14,350 nucleotides of DNA, from the NCBI GenBank assembly GCA_001563875.1, contig LKMN01000019.1, forward strand, positions 1 to 14,350, written 5' to 3'. The position numbers and the translations under genes are program-made. Source of the DNA: Nanohaloarchaea archaeon B1-Br10_U2g1 (lineage in GTDB: Archaea > Nanohalarchaeota > Nanosalinia > Nanosalinales > Nanosalinaceae). Below are positions 13,137-14,350 of this stretch, one piece after another. The notes beneath the pieces were generated by a model. The model searched no databases. It saw only the letters and a program-made list of their open reading frames with translations, and was not told the DNA's origin. Numbering within the stretch: position 1 is the stretch's first letter; every line of letters begins with the position of its first letter.

Positions 13137-14350
13137 ATGGGGCAACAGTTCGCGGAAAGACTTAACTCAATAGAAAGAAAATGGCAGCAAAAATGGGAAG
13201 ACGGAAACATTCATAGAACCAAGAAAGGTTCTTCAGAGAAATACTACGTTCTAGAAATGTTTCCATATCCCTCCGGAAACCTGCATATGGGGCACGTAAG
13301 AAACTTCTCTCTTGGAGACGCTCCCGCAAGAATGAAGAAGATGCAAGGCTTCGACGTAATGCATCCTATGGGATGGGACGCCTTCGGACTACCGGCAGAA
13401 AACGCGGCCATCGACAGAGATGTTGACCCCGAAGAATGGACACTAGAATGTATTGAAAACATGCGAGGACAGCTCAAAAGACTGGGTTTCTCCTACGACT
13501 GGGACAGAGAAGTAGCTACCTGTGACCCTGAGTACTACAAATGGAACCAGTGGATCTTCCTCCAGATGCTGGAGGAAGGCCTAGCTTACAGAGACAAGTC
13601 AGAGGTTAACTGGTGTCCGAGCTGTGAAACAGTTCTTGCCGACGAACAGGTTGAGGACGGTCTATGCTGGAGATGTGACTCAGTTGTGGAGAAGAAGGAT
13701 ATGGAGCAGTGGTTCCTCAAGATTACAGATTATGCTGATGAGCTGCTAGACGATTTAGAACATCTCGAGGGATGGCCCGACAAAGTAAGAAAAATGCAGA
13801 AGGACTGGATAGGAAAAAGCCACGGCGCATCAATAAACTTTTCAGTAAAAGACTCAGAGAGAAATCTAGAAGTATTTACAACCCGGCCAGACACTATATT
13901 CGGATCGACATTCATGGCTTTAGCGCCTGAACACGAGTACAGTGAAGAGATCGCTGAAAACAACGAAGAGGTCGCAGATTATATTGAAGAGGCTAAGAAG
14001 AGAGACTCTGAAGAAAGAGAAGAAAAAAATAAGTCCGGAGTCTTCACAGGAGAGTACGCCGAGAACCCGTTTACAGGCGAAGAAATACCCGTATACGTCG
14101 CTGAGTTCGTCTTGATGGACTACGGTACAGGAGCAATCATGGCTGTGCCTGCACACGACCAGAGAGACTTTGAGTTCGCTAAAGAACACGAACTAGATAT
14201 TAAGAAAGTAGTTGAGCCCGAAGAAGAACACAGTTTTGACGAAGAATCTTACGAAGGAGATGGAGAACACGTCAACTCCGAATTCCTTAATGGCTTGGAT
14301 AAAGAAGACGGCATACAGAAAGCTATAGAGAAACTTGAGGAAGAAAATAC
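13137..14350 (+). CDS. leuS: Leucine--tRNA ligase, bacterial-type architecture, 3'-truncated by window edge (absent from the ORF track because it has no stop)
   Basis: Translated from ATG 13137: MGQQFAERLNSIERKWQ..YYVLEMFPYPSGNLHMGHVRN (HIGH motif)..GWDAFGLPAENAA..WCPSC..CWRC..QWFLKIT..WIGKS..FTTRPDT..YGTGAIMAVPAHDQRD; open to base 14350. Confidence 0.97.
   Translation, partial: MGQQFAERLNSIERKWQQKWEDGNIHRTKKGSSEKYYVLEMFPYPSGNLHMGHVRNFSLGDAPARMKKMQGFDVMHPMGWDAFGLPAENAAIDRDVDPEEWTLECIENMRGQLKRLGFSYDWDREVATCDPEYYKWNQWIFLQMLEEGLAYRDKSEVNWCPSCETVLADEQVEDGLCWRCDSVVEKKDMEQWFLKITDYADELLDDLEHLEGWPDKVRKMQKDWIGKSHGASINFSVKDSERNLEVFTTRPDTIFGSTFMALAPEHEYSEEIAENNEEVADYIEEAKKRDSEEREEKNKSGVFTGEYAENPFTGEEIPVYVAEFVLMDYGTGAIMAVPAHDQRDFEFAKEHELDIKKVVEPEEEHSFDEESYEGDGEHVNSEFLNGLDKEDGIQKAIEKLEEEN

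Noticed and set aside
815-14189. Short alternative-frame and antisense ORFs (e.g. 3866..4087, 4739..5062, 6716..7030, 7139..7570, 10455..10898, 11576..11857, 12567..12869, 13244..13477, 13730..13963, 13920..14189)
   Set aside because: All overlap well-supported genes; most are Ser/Phe/Leu-rich mirrors of GAA/GAG/AGA-rich coding strands, lack motifs and lack the acidic signature.
1-14350. tRNA/rRNA, CRISPR arrays, IS elements, inteins or defence genes
   Set aside because: Intergenic gaps are about 106 nt or less, no repeat-spacer periodicity, no transposase/integrase/nuclease motifs, and protein lengths show no large insertions.

Overview
Gene-dense archaeal chromosomal window with a strongly acidic (E/D-rich) proteome, GC by eye only in the low 40s percent, AGA/ATA/GTA codon preference and TATA boxes about 24-33 nt upstream of start codons. 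This fits a salt-in DPANN archaeon, most likely Nanohaloarchaeota (inference). The core (1536-11341) is an alpha-glucan/sugar-phosphate cluster. A minus-strand, ATGA-coupled operon (GT3 eukaryote-type glycogen synthase, compact Pgi, an N-domain-only 'half' GT4, a full GT4) is divergent from an amylo-alpha-1,6-glucosidase-like gene, tpiA and an ADP-dependent sugar kinase, with a convergent phosphohexomutase. Flanks: 3' end of an acidic surface-type protein and an alpha/beta hydrolase on the left; two tandem MinD paralogs and a 5'-intact bacterial-type leuS running off the right edge. No RNA genes, CRISPR or mobile elements seen. Best candidates for new biology: the half-GT4/GT4 pair inside the glycogen synthase operon, and a MinD pair that both carry Asn at the catalytic switch-I Asp position and differ in their C-terminal membrane helix.
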